Positions 47,453 to 56,265 of a DNA stretch of 64,000 bases are shown here, one piece after another. This DNA comes from a virus (Duplodnaviria > Caudoviricetes). The DNA is taken from IMG/VR virus record IMGVR_UViG_3300028886_000045; one strand, given 5' to 3'. A program made the position numbers and the translations under genes. The notes beneath the pieces are model-generated. The model saw only the letters and a list, made by a program, of their open reading frames with translations. It was not told the origin of the DNA and did not search any database. Numbering within the stretch: position 1 is the stretch's first letter; every line of letters begins with the position of its first letter.

Positions 47453-47710
47453 ATCTAAAAAAGTTTAAGAAGTTAAAAAGTGGGGATGACTTACACCCCT
47501 ATCCCCTTGGGTGTTGAAATCGGTTTTGTTCTGATTTCTGATGCAAAGGTACAACAAATGTTTGACACTTGCAAATTTTTTACCAACTTTTTTTGTAATT
47601 TTCTTGAAATATCACATTTTTGTAATGTGTAGTTTGCAAAAAGTTGGTATAATAACGCCTTACACCTTATTATAAATATATAAGGGGATGCTTTATGCAC
47701 CCCCCTATAT

Positions 47711-47944
47711 TCAAAGGACATACTTAAAAACGAGCCAATGTATAAGGTAGCCGACAATACATCCAAGGGTATCAAAACCCAAATCTACCCAACACCAATG
47801 ACCATAACCGTGCTTATCGTCATATTCCTTTGTTACGCTTGCACCTATCGCAATAGCCACGCCATGCGTACCAAGCAATAAAGATAGCAAAAAGCATACA
47901 CCAAAATGCTTAATGCTGTTTTTGTCAATGTGTTTTATCTGCAT
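47711..47944 (-). CDS. Small membrane protein
   Basis: KHF..C..KEY.D..W.W.DL..D.LG; hydrophobic. Confidence 0.65.
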   Translation of the reverse strand: MQIKHIDKNSIKHFGVCFLLSLLLGTHGVAIAIGASVTKEYDDKHGYGHWCWVDLGFDTLGCIVGYLIHWLVFKYVL

Positions 47945-47959
47945 AATAATAAAATTTAA

Positions 47960-48448
47960 TTAAAGTTTGAAATAATTTCGTATATCATATACCTTATCCT
48001 TATCTTTCAGTTTGTCAAGGGCGAGGTGATAAATGAAATCAAACATTCGTTCCCTATCCATTTCCACACCGCTTGCACTTAACATATTCATAATAGTATC
48101 ACTTGAATCTGAGGAAATCATACACATAGTGACAAATAAGGCGTTTTTGTTGTAACACGGCTCTTCGCATAACTGATAGCCGAATTTCCCAATCATTCCC
48201 TCCCATACCGTGCGCGTCCACGATGGTTTGGGCATCATTTCCGATACTATCCTATCCGCTTCACTATCCGTTAGGTAGTTGTGCCACTTCACGGATTGTA
48301 GCATATCGAGATATTCCCTTGCTTGTTGTGGGTAGTTGTCAATGAATTTGTGCATCATGCTTTTCGTGACTTTCCCCAAAACGTGCATTTTTTCTTCGTC
48401 TTCTGAATGTATGATATAATCGTACAAATTCTTAAATTCTTCCTTCAT
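47960..48448 (-). CDS. Conserved phage hypothetical protein
   Basis: NYLT..EA..IV..M and AL.KLKD.D motifs. Confidence 0.75.
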   Translation of the reverse strand: MKEEFKNLYDYIIHSEDEEKMHVLGKVTKSMMHKFIDNYPQQAREYLDMLQSVKWHNYLTDSEADRIVSEMMPKPSWTRTVWEGMIGKFGYQLCEEPCYNKNALFVTMCMISSDSSDTIMNMLSASGVEMDRERMFDFIYHLALDKLKDKDKVYDIRNYFKL

Positions 48449-48459
48449 GCCGTTTCCCC

Positions 48460-48999
48460 CTACTTGCTAAGTTTCTTTAATATCTCGTTCAATAACTTGT
48501 GCGTTTCCGCGCTTCCGTCCTCTAACTTCTTTATGCGGTTTTCCCATTCTTGTTTTTCCGCATATTCCGTATCAAGGAGGCTTATCAATGTCTTGCAGTC
48601 ATCTACTTTCTTCTGATTTCGTGGGACTTCTGTTTCCACGCTTTTCAAGTAGTCTTCTGCTTTCTTCAACGTGGCACGCAATTCGCGCACAATAGGCTCT
48701 TTGTCTGTTGCTACCAACGTAACCGCGCCCGTCTTTTCCGTTGGAAACATATAAGCCGTTATATCCACCGCGTCCGTGTAATTCTTTCCGTCAATGCAGT
48801 ATGTGACATCCACAACCGTCCTTGATGCTTGCACGCTTGGCGTTAGTGGGAACGTGTTCTGCTGTTGTTGCTGAACCTCTACCCTTTGTTGTCCTACCGT
48901 GACTACTGAACCCTCGGAATATAGGATTTCGTCACTTTTCTTTATTAGGGCATATATAGGACTGCCCACGGTCATATCCCTAAACAATACGTTGCTCAT
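48460..48999 (-). CDS. Conserved phage hypothetical protein
   Basis: 179 aa; C-terminal coiled coil. Confidence 0.75.
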   Translation of the reverse strand: MSNVLFRDMTVGSPIYALIKKSDEILYSEGSVVTVGQQRVEVQQQQQNTFPLTPSVQASRTVVDVTYCIDGKNYTDAVDITAYMFPTEKTGAVTLVATDKEPIVRELRATLKKAEDYLKSVETEVPRNQKKVDDCKTLISLLDTEYAEKQEWENRIKKLEDGSAETHKLLNEILKKLSK

Positions 49000-49089
49000 A
49001 GTTTATACCCCCTATCTTCTTATACTTTCCAAGGTGGTAGTTTTTACACTACCCCCTCGGATTGCATTATATACAGATATTACACACGT

Positions 49090-49893
49090 TTACTGACCAC
49101 CTGTTTGCGCGGTTGTCTTTGCGACACCACCATAGGCACTAAAGAATGATTGCAGTTGGTACTTTAGATTCTGTACCTCTTGCGCTATCGGTGCTATCGC
49201 TGCCGATGTTCCTTGCTGTGTCCTTATCAAGTCGAGTTCTGTCTGTAAGCGTTGCTTATCCGCTACCACATCTTGATAGCGTGAATTTTCCCACGCTTGA
49301 CGGAAACTTGCCACCTCTGCGCGAACCAAACCACTTTCAGCCCTCATGACTGTTGACAAATCGTTTGTCTGATTGATGGTTTCTATGCGCCCTTGATAAC
49401 CTTGTTCAAGAATCTGCTTTTGGGTCGCACAACAACAGTCCTTGAGTTGCTGTATAAGGTTGAGGTTTCCAAGGTTGATTGCATTTGTAACCCCTGCGAA
49501 TCCCATGCCGTTTTGCGCACCAAGTTGGTTGATGCTATTGGTGATATTCGCAATAGCGGCAGACAAAGCGTTATAATTCACGTTGAGGCTCTGTGACAAC
49601 TGACTGATTGCAAACGTATTGCCTTGAATTGCTTCACGCGCCCACTCGTTGTTATTGTTATCGTTAATCTGCGCTTGCAGACTATTCAACTTGTTTTGGG
49701 TTTCTATGTCAAGTGCTGCCGTACCGACACCGCCTCTGTTAGCATAGTTCCCAAATGCACCGCCACCGAACAAAGCCAGCATAACCAAATACATCCAAGG
49801 ATTATTGTTAGCCATAGCCATAGCAGTAGCCGAATCCATACCTCCGCCATTTCCGATAATTGGCAGAATGTTGATACCTTCCTTTTCGTTCAT
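49090..49893 (-). CDS. Conserved phage protein with Gly-rich hydrophobic N-terminus and DCCC coiled coil
   Basis: PWMYLVMLALFGGG; QQLKDCCCATQKQI. Confidence 0.8.
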   Translation of the reverse strand: MNEKEGINILPIIGNGGGMDSATAMAMANNNPWMYLVMLALFGGGAFGNYANRGGVGTAALDIETQNKLNSLQAQINDNNNNEWAREAIQGNTFAISQLSQSLNVNYNALSAAIANITNSINQLGAQNGMGFAGVTNAINLGNLNLIQQLKDCCCATQKQILEQGYQGRIETINQTNDLSTVMRAESGLVRAEVASFRQAWENSRYQDVVADKQRLQTELDLIRTQQGTSAAIAPIAQEVQNLKYQLQSFFSAYGGVAKTTAQTGGQ

Positions 49894-50011
49894 TTTTTTC
49901 GATTTTTACAAGTTACACAATTAAATTAATTACCACTTCGATTAGCCAATCTTACGTTTTCCTATATAGTATTTTATCAAGGTCTGTGTTTTTCCGATAC
50001 TTTGATTATGT

Positions 50012-50263
50012 TTATTCCTTTTTGAAAATCTCAGTCTCATTAAATTCTAAAGGCTTTATATCCTTCTGTCTATCCAACATCTTCTCGAAGCATTGCAACA
50101 TTGCGCTTGGATTATCTACCGCATTCGGTATTTCCGCGTCCCCCATTACATAAGCCTCTATCTTTTTTGCGTTAGTCACCAAAGATTTTGTGTTTTTGGA
50201 ATACCCTTTTGCCATCATAACAGCAAAGGCTCGTAACGCTACTTTGTTTGTAATTGCTATCAT
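50012..50263 (-). CDS. Hypothetical protein
   Basis: 83 aa; first gene after a class II promoter. Confidence 0.7.
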   Translation of the reverse strand: MIAITNKVALRAFAVMMAKGYSKNTKSLVTNAKKIEAYVMGDAEIPNAVDNPSAMLQCFEKMLDRQKDIKPLEFNETEIFKKE

Positions 50264-50330
50264 AATAAATTTATTAAAGGTTATATACTCGCATTTTCAC
50301 GCATATGCGTGTTTGTGTTTTTCTATGTTG

Positions 50331-50400
50331 CAAAGATAACAATACTTTTCCTAACCGCAACATTCCTAATGCTAACTTGTTTCATCTTGTTTTAAGTGAA
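50331..50400 (-). promoter_or_regulatory. Class II promoter for 50263-47711 cluster
   Basis: caaagata at 50331-50338; TTCATCT-N6-AAGTGAA at 50381-50400. Confidence 0.7.
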
Positions 50401-50489
50401 TCTTTATCTTACGAAAGCAAAGAAATAGGGCGCAAAACTGAAACTATATCAGCCCTACGCCCTTTCGTGTCTTTATGATAATAGATTAT

Positions 50490-51641
50490 TTAGCCTTCTA
50501 TCGGTATCAATTCCATTTCTTCCAACTTAAAAGGCTTTGTTGGCACGAAATTTTCAGATACCCAAACGAAATCCTTATAAGAACTAAAGTAATTTCTTAC
50601 AAAGGTCTTCTTTCGTTCTTCGTTTTCATCTTTCGCGCCATTGGTAGGATTGTAGATAAACTCTGCCCACGGATATTCCTTTGACAATTCCTCATCCGCA
50701 TCACCCAAAACCAAGAAACGATACCTAAAAGTACAATTCTTTTTCCAAGCATCCAAACGCTTTCTAAGACTATCGCCATTTGAATACTTTGAAGAATAGA
50801 GCGTTGCAACCAAAGCCTCGTTACGCACCGCCCTTATATACTCTTCTTTTCTGTCTGCCATATCGGGATTAATCGTGAAGAAGAAATCCAAATGCGTATC
50901 TATTCGCGTCTGACAACCCCTTGTTTCCTTCTTCCACAGATACTCCTCCAATGACCTTGTAATATAGTGCTTGATATATATGTGGCTGTATGTAGGCAAA
51001 AACGACTGAAACGCAAAATCCGTGTTGCACCATTTACATTGATGCGTGGCGCGGTGTTGGCTGTAAAAATACCCTTGCTTGTAGGTGTGCATATTGTAGC
51101 AAGCCTTAATCAAAGCCGTAGGCATATCCAACACAATACCTTTCATCTTTTCGGTATATGTTCCCACCACGCCCTTGTCACCATAGTTAGGCTTGTGGAC
51201 ATATCCGTTTGCACCATAACACTCCCATTGCATAGAAAAGGCTTCGTAGTCTTTGAACAAATCCAAAACCCCATCCAATGTTTCCCCATCTTGCAAAGCC
51301 AAAAACTCGTCATTGTCTATAATGAAACACCAATCAATTTCCTTGTGGTATTTCTTGATATAATCCAATCCGACATTAAAATACAAATGTTGCGGATTGC
51401 ACCCCCTTGTAGTCTTTAGGTGTAAAGCCATCTTAAAGGATTCTTCGTTTAGGAACTCCCTCGCGTTTACCAATTCCACCTTATCACCGAATTTGTCGGT
51501 TATATCCTTGTGGCTTTCGCTGTCATAGTCTTCAATAATGCAAATGTAATCAATACCAAAATCCAAATGGTACTTTATCCATTCTTCCAAATATTCGCGC
51601 TCATCCTTAATGGCTGTCAAAATACATGATTTATAACCCAT
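50490..51641 (-). CDS. Glycosyltransferase (GT92 / GT2-like, GT-A fold)
   Basis: IKDE..YL.EWI.YH...G.D and W..IIDNDEFL (DxD) motifs. Confidence 0.85.
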   Translation of the reverse strand: MGYKSCILTAIKDEREYLEEWIKYHLDFGIDYICIIEDYDSESHKDITDKFGDKVELVNAREFLNEESFKMALHLKTTRGCNPQHLYFNVGLDYIKKYHKEIDWCFIIDNDEFLALQDGETLDGVLDLFKDYEAFSMQWECYGANGYVHKPNYGDKGVVGTYTEKMKGIVLDMPTALIKACYNMHTYKQGYFYSQHRATHQCKWCNTDFAFQSFLPTYSHIYIKHYITRSLEEYLWKKETRGCQTRIDTHLDFFFTINPDMADRKEEYIRAVRNEALVATLYSSKYSNGDSLRKRLDAWKKNCTFRYRFLVLGDADEELSKEYPWAEFIYNPTNGAKDENEERKKTFVRNYFSSYKDFVWVSENFVPTKPFKLEEMELIPIEG

Positions 51642-51751
51642 TTCTTCAATTTTTTTAAGTGTTTTAATGAAAGTCCGTCAAATTATAGAAACTTGACGAA
51701 CTTTCGGTTTAAGAAAAAATCACCCCCTCCTTGTTAAATGTTACCTACTTC

Positions 51752-51919
51752 TTAACTTCCGTGTATTACGGTCGCTGGTGTGTAGTGTACGTTGGAAACC
51801 TCAAAGTTCCCATTGCCATCATCACTACCAACTATTGAAACATTTGGTGTTACGAACTCCTCGCCCGAAGCAAATTCTTCGTAATCGTACTCAGACTCAA
51901 AAATTTTCAAATACTTCAT
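51752..51919 (-). CDS. Small protein MKYLKIFE..PNVS..VHY (55 aa)
   Basis: Translated by hand: MKYLKIFESEYDYEEFASGEEFVTPNVSIVGSDDGNGNFEVSNVHYTPATVIHGS. Confidence 0.6.
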   Translation of the reverse strand: MKYLKIFESEYDYEEFASGEEFVTPNVSIVGSDDGNGNFEVSNVHYTPATVIHGS

Positions 51920-51954
51920 TTTCTTCTTGCTTTTAATATTAAACTATCTTTTTC

Positions 51955-53508
51955 TTAACTCAATCTACTGTTTATGTCATTTATAGCAGTAGCAGAAACC
52001 TTTTCGTTATCTTCCACCGTCTTCTGAACATCGCCCAAAGCCGTTGCAGTTACCAACTCATTGTTTTCTATGTTCTTTTGAACATCGCCCAAAGCCGTAG
52101 CAGTTACCAATTCGTTATTCTCGATTTCCTTTCTGACATTGCCAAAGGCTGTTGCGACCACCTTTTCGCTATCTTCAATTTCCTTACGCATATTACCGAA
52201 AGCAGTAGCCACTACTAACTCGTTATTCTCAATATCCTTTCCGATATTACCTATTGCCGTAGCAGTTACCAACTCGTCTTCTTCAATATCCTTACGGATG
52301 TTACCCAAAGCCGTTGCAACTACCAACTCATTGCTTTCGATTTCCTTACGCATATTGCCGAATGCAGTTGCTACAACCAACTCGTTTCTTTCGATTTCTT
52401 TTCGTAGGTTGTTGATAGCCGTAGCAGTAACGATTTCATTTTGCTCCATGTTGTTCCTAAGTGTTGCCACCGTCTGAGCCAATTCATTGATAATCGTTGC
52501 CAAATGCTTTACGTTCTGACTACTTACGTTTGTACCATCATAGCCACCCAAACCTAAAATGTAGGCATAGCCTTCAGTTGTGACCTCAACAGCATTCTTT
52601 CTGTTATTTTCGGTTGTACCTATACCAACAGAAAACAAGGTCTTGTTTTGAACGGAAACATTGTACTTACCACAGGCGTGCTCTGCATTATTCGTAGTAT
52701 ATGTGTACAAACCTTCAGCGTGCGAATACTGACCTGACGCATGAGTTCGGAAACCTTCTGTATGGGAACAATTACCATAAGCACAAAGACTAACGTAAAC
52801 CGTACCGCCCACTTCTAAACTTTCATCTATGCCTTCACTAAGTAACAGCCTATAATCACCCTCGTTTTCTTGGAAAACACATTGTAATACTTCAACAACG
52901 GTGTTATCGGTCTTGTAAACAAGACTTCGCGCAAGTATTGGGCTGTTCACATAAATTACTGTCCCCCCCTCTGTATAAGCGCGTGTTGCTTGGATTTCAT
53001 ATTCCAAATTTCCACCTTCTGCGTGCGAATTTGTTCCATAACTCACCGTGCCTTGCCCCTCTGTATGTGAAATTTCTCCATATGCTATCGTACCGCCACC
53101 TTCTGCGTGGCTTTGTTCGCCATATGCTGTATTTCCCACACCCTCCACATGGGTACAATCGCCTAATGCTAAATTCCTTTGACCTTGTGCCAACGAATTT
53201 AACCCCGATGCTGTATTTGTCGCATTTCTACCCTTTGCAAAGAAAGCGAATCCGTTGTTTTCACTAACTTCTATCGGTTTGTTTCCCAATTCGTTGTATT
53301 CCGTAATCCCATAAAGGTGACCGTGCGTCCAAATCTGCCCCGTGCTCTTAATGAATACGACTTGTTGGTAAAGCACATCAGGCGTACCATTCGTGACTTC
53401 ACCGCTAAGTCCCAAAGTGTACGAGGTATTGCTGTCATTGGCAGACATTTTCTTGTTTGCCAACGTAGCAATATCCGCAACGTGTATCTTCTTTTTTATT
53501 CTTGACAT
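51955..53508 (-). CDS. Trimeric adhesin-like fibre: SHAEG head repeats plus 18-residue coiled-coil repeats
   Basis: Multiple (S/T)H(A/T/V)EG..T.A.G repeats, FSVGIG..RKNA neck and C-terminal repeats. Confidence 0.8.
   Translation of the reverse strand: MSRIKKKIHVADIATLANKKMSANDSNTSYTLGLSGEVTNGTPDVLYQQVVFIKSTGQIWTHGHLYGITEYNELGNKPIEVSENNGFAFFAKGRNATNTASGLNSLAQGQRNLALGDCTHVEGVGNTAYGEQSHAEGGGTIAYGEISHTEGQGTVSYGTNSHAEGGNLEYEIQATRAYTEGGTVIYVNSPILARSLVYKTDNTVVEVLQCVFQENEGDYRLLLSEGIDESLEVGGTVYVSLCAYGNCSHTEGFRTHASGQYSHAEGLYTYTTNNAEHACGKYNVSVQNKTLFSVGIGTTENNRKNAVEVTTEGYAYILGLGGYDGTNVSSQNVKHLATIINELAQTVATLRNNMEQNEIVTATAINNLRKEIERNELVVATAFGNMRKEIESNELVVATALGNIRKDIEEDELVTATAIGNIGKDIENNELVVATAFGNMRKEIEDSEKVVATAFGNVRKEIENNELVTATALGDVQKNIENNELVTATALGDVQKTVEDNEKVSATAINDINSRLS
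51958..52440 (-). repeat. Nine tandem 54-bp (18-aa) coding repeats
   Basis: Consensus NELV(V/T)ATA(F/L/I)GN.RK.IE. Confidence 0.9.
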
Positions 53509-53533
53509 AATTTACCTTGTGATTTTATTTCGG

Positions 53534-53604
53534 CAAAGATAAGCAAAATTTCCTACTTTGTTCTCGTTTCACAATTCCTTTTTGCTCATTTTGCCCATAA
53601 TGAA
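53534..53604 (-). promoter_or_regulatory. Class II promoter for adhesin gene
   Basis: caaagata at 53534-53541; CTCATTT-N6-TAATGAA at 53585-53604. Confidence 0.65.
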
Positions 53605-53620
53605 CTTTATTGATTATTCC

Positions 53621-55045
53621 TTACCATTCCACCCAATCCTCTATATCCGTTATCCTATCTTCGTGCTCCTTTAGTGCCATTGCAACCACCTTTTCGGTTG
53701 TTTCAAGTTCTGCCCTAATATCTGCCCCCAAATCGGAAATCTTCGTTGAGAAATAGTTATAGACATCTGACGCAATAGCGAGACCACTTGTAGGATAGTC
53801 GTTTTCTTGGTCTGCCATTGTTGCGGTGGTTACGGTAACGTAAATTTCGGGGAAATCATAACTGCCGTTTATCGCTACTTCAACATACATCGGTTCGTCT
53901 TCGTCATGCGTATCGTAACTATCTACATATAAAGAATTACCCCCTAACAAGAACGAATCCTCCCTATATATATGTTCCCCCTCTACTTCTTCGTACTCAC
54001 CCGTTTCTTCATTATAGACTTCTTCATATGTTGCGCCTTCGTCTATAACAATCGGATTCATTACAAGTTGGGTGGCTACATCATTTCGCAAGTCACCATC
54101 GTAATTGTAATCAATCGTAACATCAGCGAATACAAGTTGCTGAAGGGAACTTTCTGCCTTACCCTTTGCGACATCAATATAAGCCTTTACACCCTCGACC
54201 GTAGCGATACCATTGTTAGCAACCACTTGTGCGCCACTTGCAAACGTGCCGTACACCACGGTTACGCTTTCATTCCTTATCAAGCCGTTTGTTTGGCTGA
54301 GTGTCGTGGTTACATATCCGCTTGCATCCGTAGCAACCGCGTTTGCATTGTTTGATGCAAGGTCAAGTGCGTTTACCTTATCGTCTGCATAACTTTGCGC
54401 GTCTGCCTTTGCCTTTGCGACTGAGCCGTTTGTGTTGGCATCGGCTACAAGTGTAGCAATTTGCGTCTGCATTTTCGCTGCACCCGTAACATCGCTTTTA
54501 ATCCAATCAGCAACCTCTTTTAGCGTATCAAAATCTGCATCGGCATTTGCAACAACCCTTGCAACCGCCTCCACAATTCCGTCCTCAATAGCCTTGTAAA
54601 GACCCGTAGCCGAAACCGCGTTTGAAGGCTCGCCTTGCCCTGCCGTGTTCGCCTTTGCCTTTTGTCCAATCTCCGTCTTTATATCATTGATACTTTTCTG
54701 CACCTTACCAAAGGCGGTTTTTATATCGTCTGACGCGGAAATTGGCGCGTTCTCTTGTGCCACACTATAACCACTTAGGATTTGGCTTGCAACATCAAAG
54801 TTGATTTTCCAAGTTTCCAACGCGCTAATTCGTGACGCATCGGCACTTGAAAGACCATAAGCCTTCCCCCTATTGTATATTTCATTCGTGGCTTCGCGGA
54901 ATATAATGGTCTTGTACCATTTGCCGTTAGCCGTGCTTGCTTGTGTAACGATATACGCCCACTTCTCGGCTTCTGTGGCATAAGCCGTACCGTCCAACGT
55001 ACCACCGCTATTTGAAGCATAAATAAACTTTCTGTAATTTGCCAT
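53621..55045 (-). CDS. Putative fibre protein
   Basis: AFGKVQK and FDTLKEVADWI fibre-type motifs; ends with one copy of the EKVVA.AL repeat unit. Confidence 0.7.
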   Translation of the reverse strand: MANYRKFIYASNSGGTLDGTAYATEAEKWAYIVTQASTANGKWYKTIIFREATNEIYNRGKAYGLSSADASRISALETWKINFDVASQILSGYSVAQENAPISASDDIKTAFGKVQKSINDIKTEIGQKAKANTAGQGEPSNAVSATGLYKAIEDGIVEAVARVVANADADFDTLKEVADWIKSDVTGAAKMQTQIATLVADANTNGSVAKAKADAQSYADDKVNALDLASNNANAVATDASGYVTTTLSQTNGLIRNESVTVVYGTFASGAQVVANNGIATVEGVKAYIDVAKGKAESSLQQLVFADVTIDYNYDGDLRNDVATQLVMNPIVIDEGATYEEVYNEETGEYEEVEGEHIYREDSFLLGGNSLYVDSYDTHDEDEPMYVEVAINGSYDFPEIYVTVTTATMADQENDYPTSGLAIASDVYNYFSTKISDLGADIRAELETTEKVVAMALKEHEDRITDIEDWVEW

Positions 55046-55086
55046 ATGACTTATTTTTGCTTAAACAATAAATTACTTCTGATTTG

Positions 55087-55156
55087 CAAAGTTAAGCCAT
55101 ATTACGCACTTACACAAATAAATACATACGGATTACTTCACTTTGTTTCTAATGAT
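55087..55156 (-). promoter_or_regulatory. Class II promoter for fibre gene (also has -33 TTTG)
   Basis: caaagtta at 55087-55094; TTCACTT-N6-TAATGAT at 55137-55156. Confidence 0.65.
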
Positions 55157-55182
55157 AACTTAGGAATATACGCATAAAAAAA

Positions 55183-55210
55183 ACACCCATATCTTCACAG
55201 ACGGAGGTGT
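55183..55210 (-). terminator. tRNA operon terminator (GUGA family)
   Basis: acacc-catatcttcacagacgga-ggtgt plus U tract. Confidence 0.65.
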
Positions 55211-55264
55211 ATGTTAAACCTGTTAAACTAATTATAATGCTGAAATATTCTTGCTCTGATATTG

Positions 55265-55335
55265 TTGTCCCAAAAGGACTCGAACCTTTTCAAACAGAAC
55301 CAAAACCTGTTGTGCTACCATTACACCATAGGACA
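55265..55335 (-). tRNA. tRNA-Gln (UUG)
   Basis: Cloverleaf: acceptor TGTCCTA/TGGGACA, anticodon arm ACAGG-TT TTG GT-TCTGT, GGTTCGAGTCC T arm; no encoded CCA. Confidence 0.93.
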
Positions 55336-55631
55336 TTATTTTTCACAAAGGTTAGCGCACCCAAAGGCTTGGGGAAAACCGCCTTGGTGGGATTGGGTGG
55401 GATAGCGCAAGGCAGAGACAAACCATTGCCGAAGGTAGCGCATAACCTTGTGAAATTGGGGATGCCTCCACTATTAGGTTTCGGCTTTTTGGCTGTAATT
55501 CGCACCCCCTTTCCGTGCGAAGGTTTTATAGTCTTTTACCTTGACCAACTCGCGATTTTTAAGTCTTATCTGACCTTGAACACCGCCAACCATCCGAAGG
55601 GAAATCCGAAAGATAATCGGCTATCGTGTTG

Positions 55632-55712
55632 TACCCAAAAAGGGACTCGAACCCTTACGCTTTTCAGCATCGGTGTTTGAGACCGACTCGGCTACCATTA
55701 CGACATTTGGGT
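55632..55712 (-). tRNA. tRNA-Leu (CAA)
   Basis: Acceptor ACCCAAA/TTTGGGT, anticodon arm TCGGT-CT CAA AC-ACCGA, long variable arm, GGTTCGAGTCC. Confidence 0.92.
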
Positions 55713-55915
55713 ATATTATAAAGGGGGTGAAGGCTTACAAGGCTATACACAGACTATCGCACGTTGTCTGTCGTATAATGGGACTACCTTTGCTCCATCC
55801 CCTTTGTGTATGTGATAAGAAGGGCGATGTACGATACCCCTCGAACCACTTTTGTAAGATAGGAGGGGGTCGTTTGAATACCCCCTACAAACCTTTATCG
55901 TGAAAACCGCATTTC

Positions 55916-56230
55916 TTAGAAACAGCGGTTTATCTTGTTTCTTACTTCTTTGCCGTAGTTCTTTTCAACGAAATCCTCTAAATCGTATATTAACTTTAGG
56001 CGTATTGACATCAACTCTGTTGTAATGCTACCAAGGTAAAGATGGATAGACTCGATGCCTTCAAGTGCCTTCTGCCATTCAGCAAGCATCCACTTTTCCT
56101 CTTCTGTTTCTGCATTCTTCTTGAAGAAAGACACCAATGTAACGACTGCCAAAGTAATGTTGTTGTCCTCTTTTAGGTCGTTAGCCTTCTTGACTGCCTT
56201 ATTGAATGAACTTAAAACCAAATTCTTCAT
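55916..56230 (-). CDS. Hypothetical protein
   Basis: 104-aa ORF behind pseudoknot copy 10. Confidence 0.7.
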   Translation of the reverse strand: MKNLVLSSFNKAVKKANDLKEDNNITLAVVTLVSFFKKNAETEEEKWMLAEWQKALEGIESIHLYLGSITTELMSIRLKLIYDLEDFVEKNYGKEVRNKINRCF

Positions 56231-56239
56231 AATTCTTGT

Positions 56240-56265
56240 GACCTTGTTATTCTCTCGGTCGTGAG
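56240..56265 (-). ncRNA. 5'-leader pseudoknot, copy 10
   Basis: CUC AC GACC GA GAG AAUAACAA GGUC; AUG at 56230; -7 box at 56299-56306. Confidence 0.8.

Noticed and set aside
55340-55630. tmRNA, SRP, hammerhead or theta/HDV ribozyme call
   Set aside because: Could not identify the diagnostic cores by eye; left as an unassigned structured RNA.
55207-55903. ORFs overlapping the tRNA region
   Set aside because: They overlap clear tRNA cloverleaves and structured non-coding sequence.
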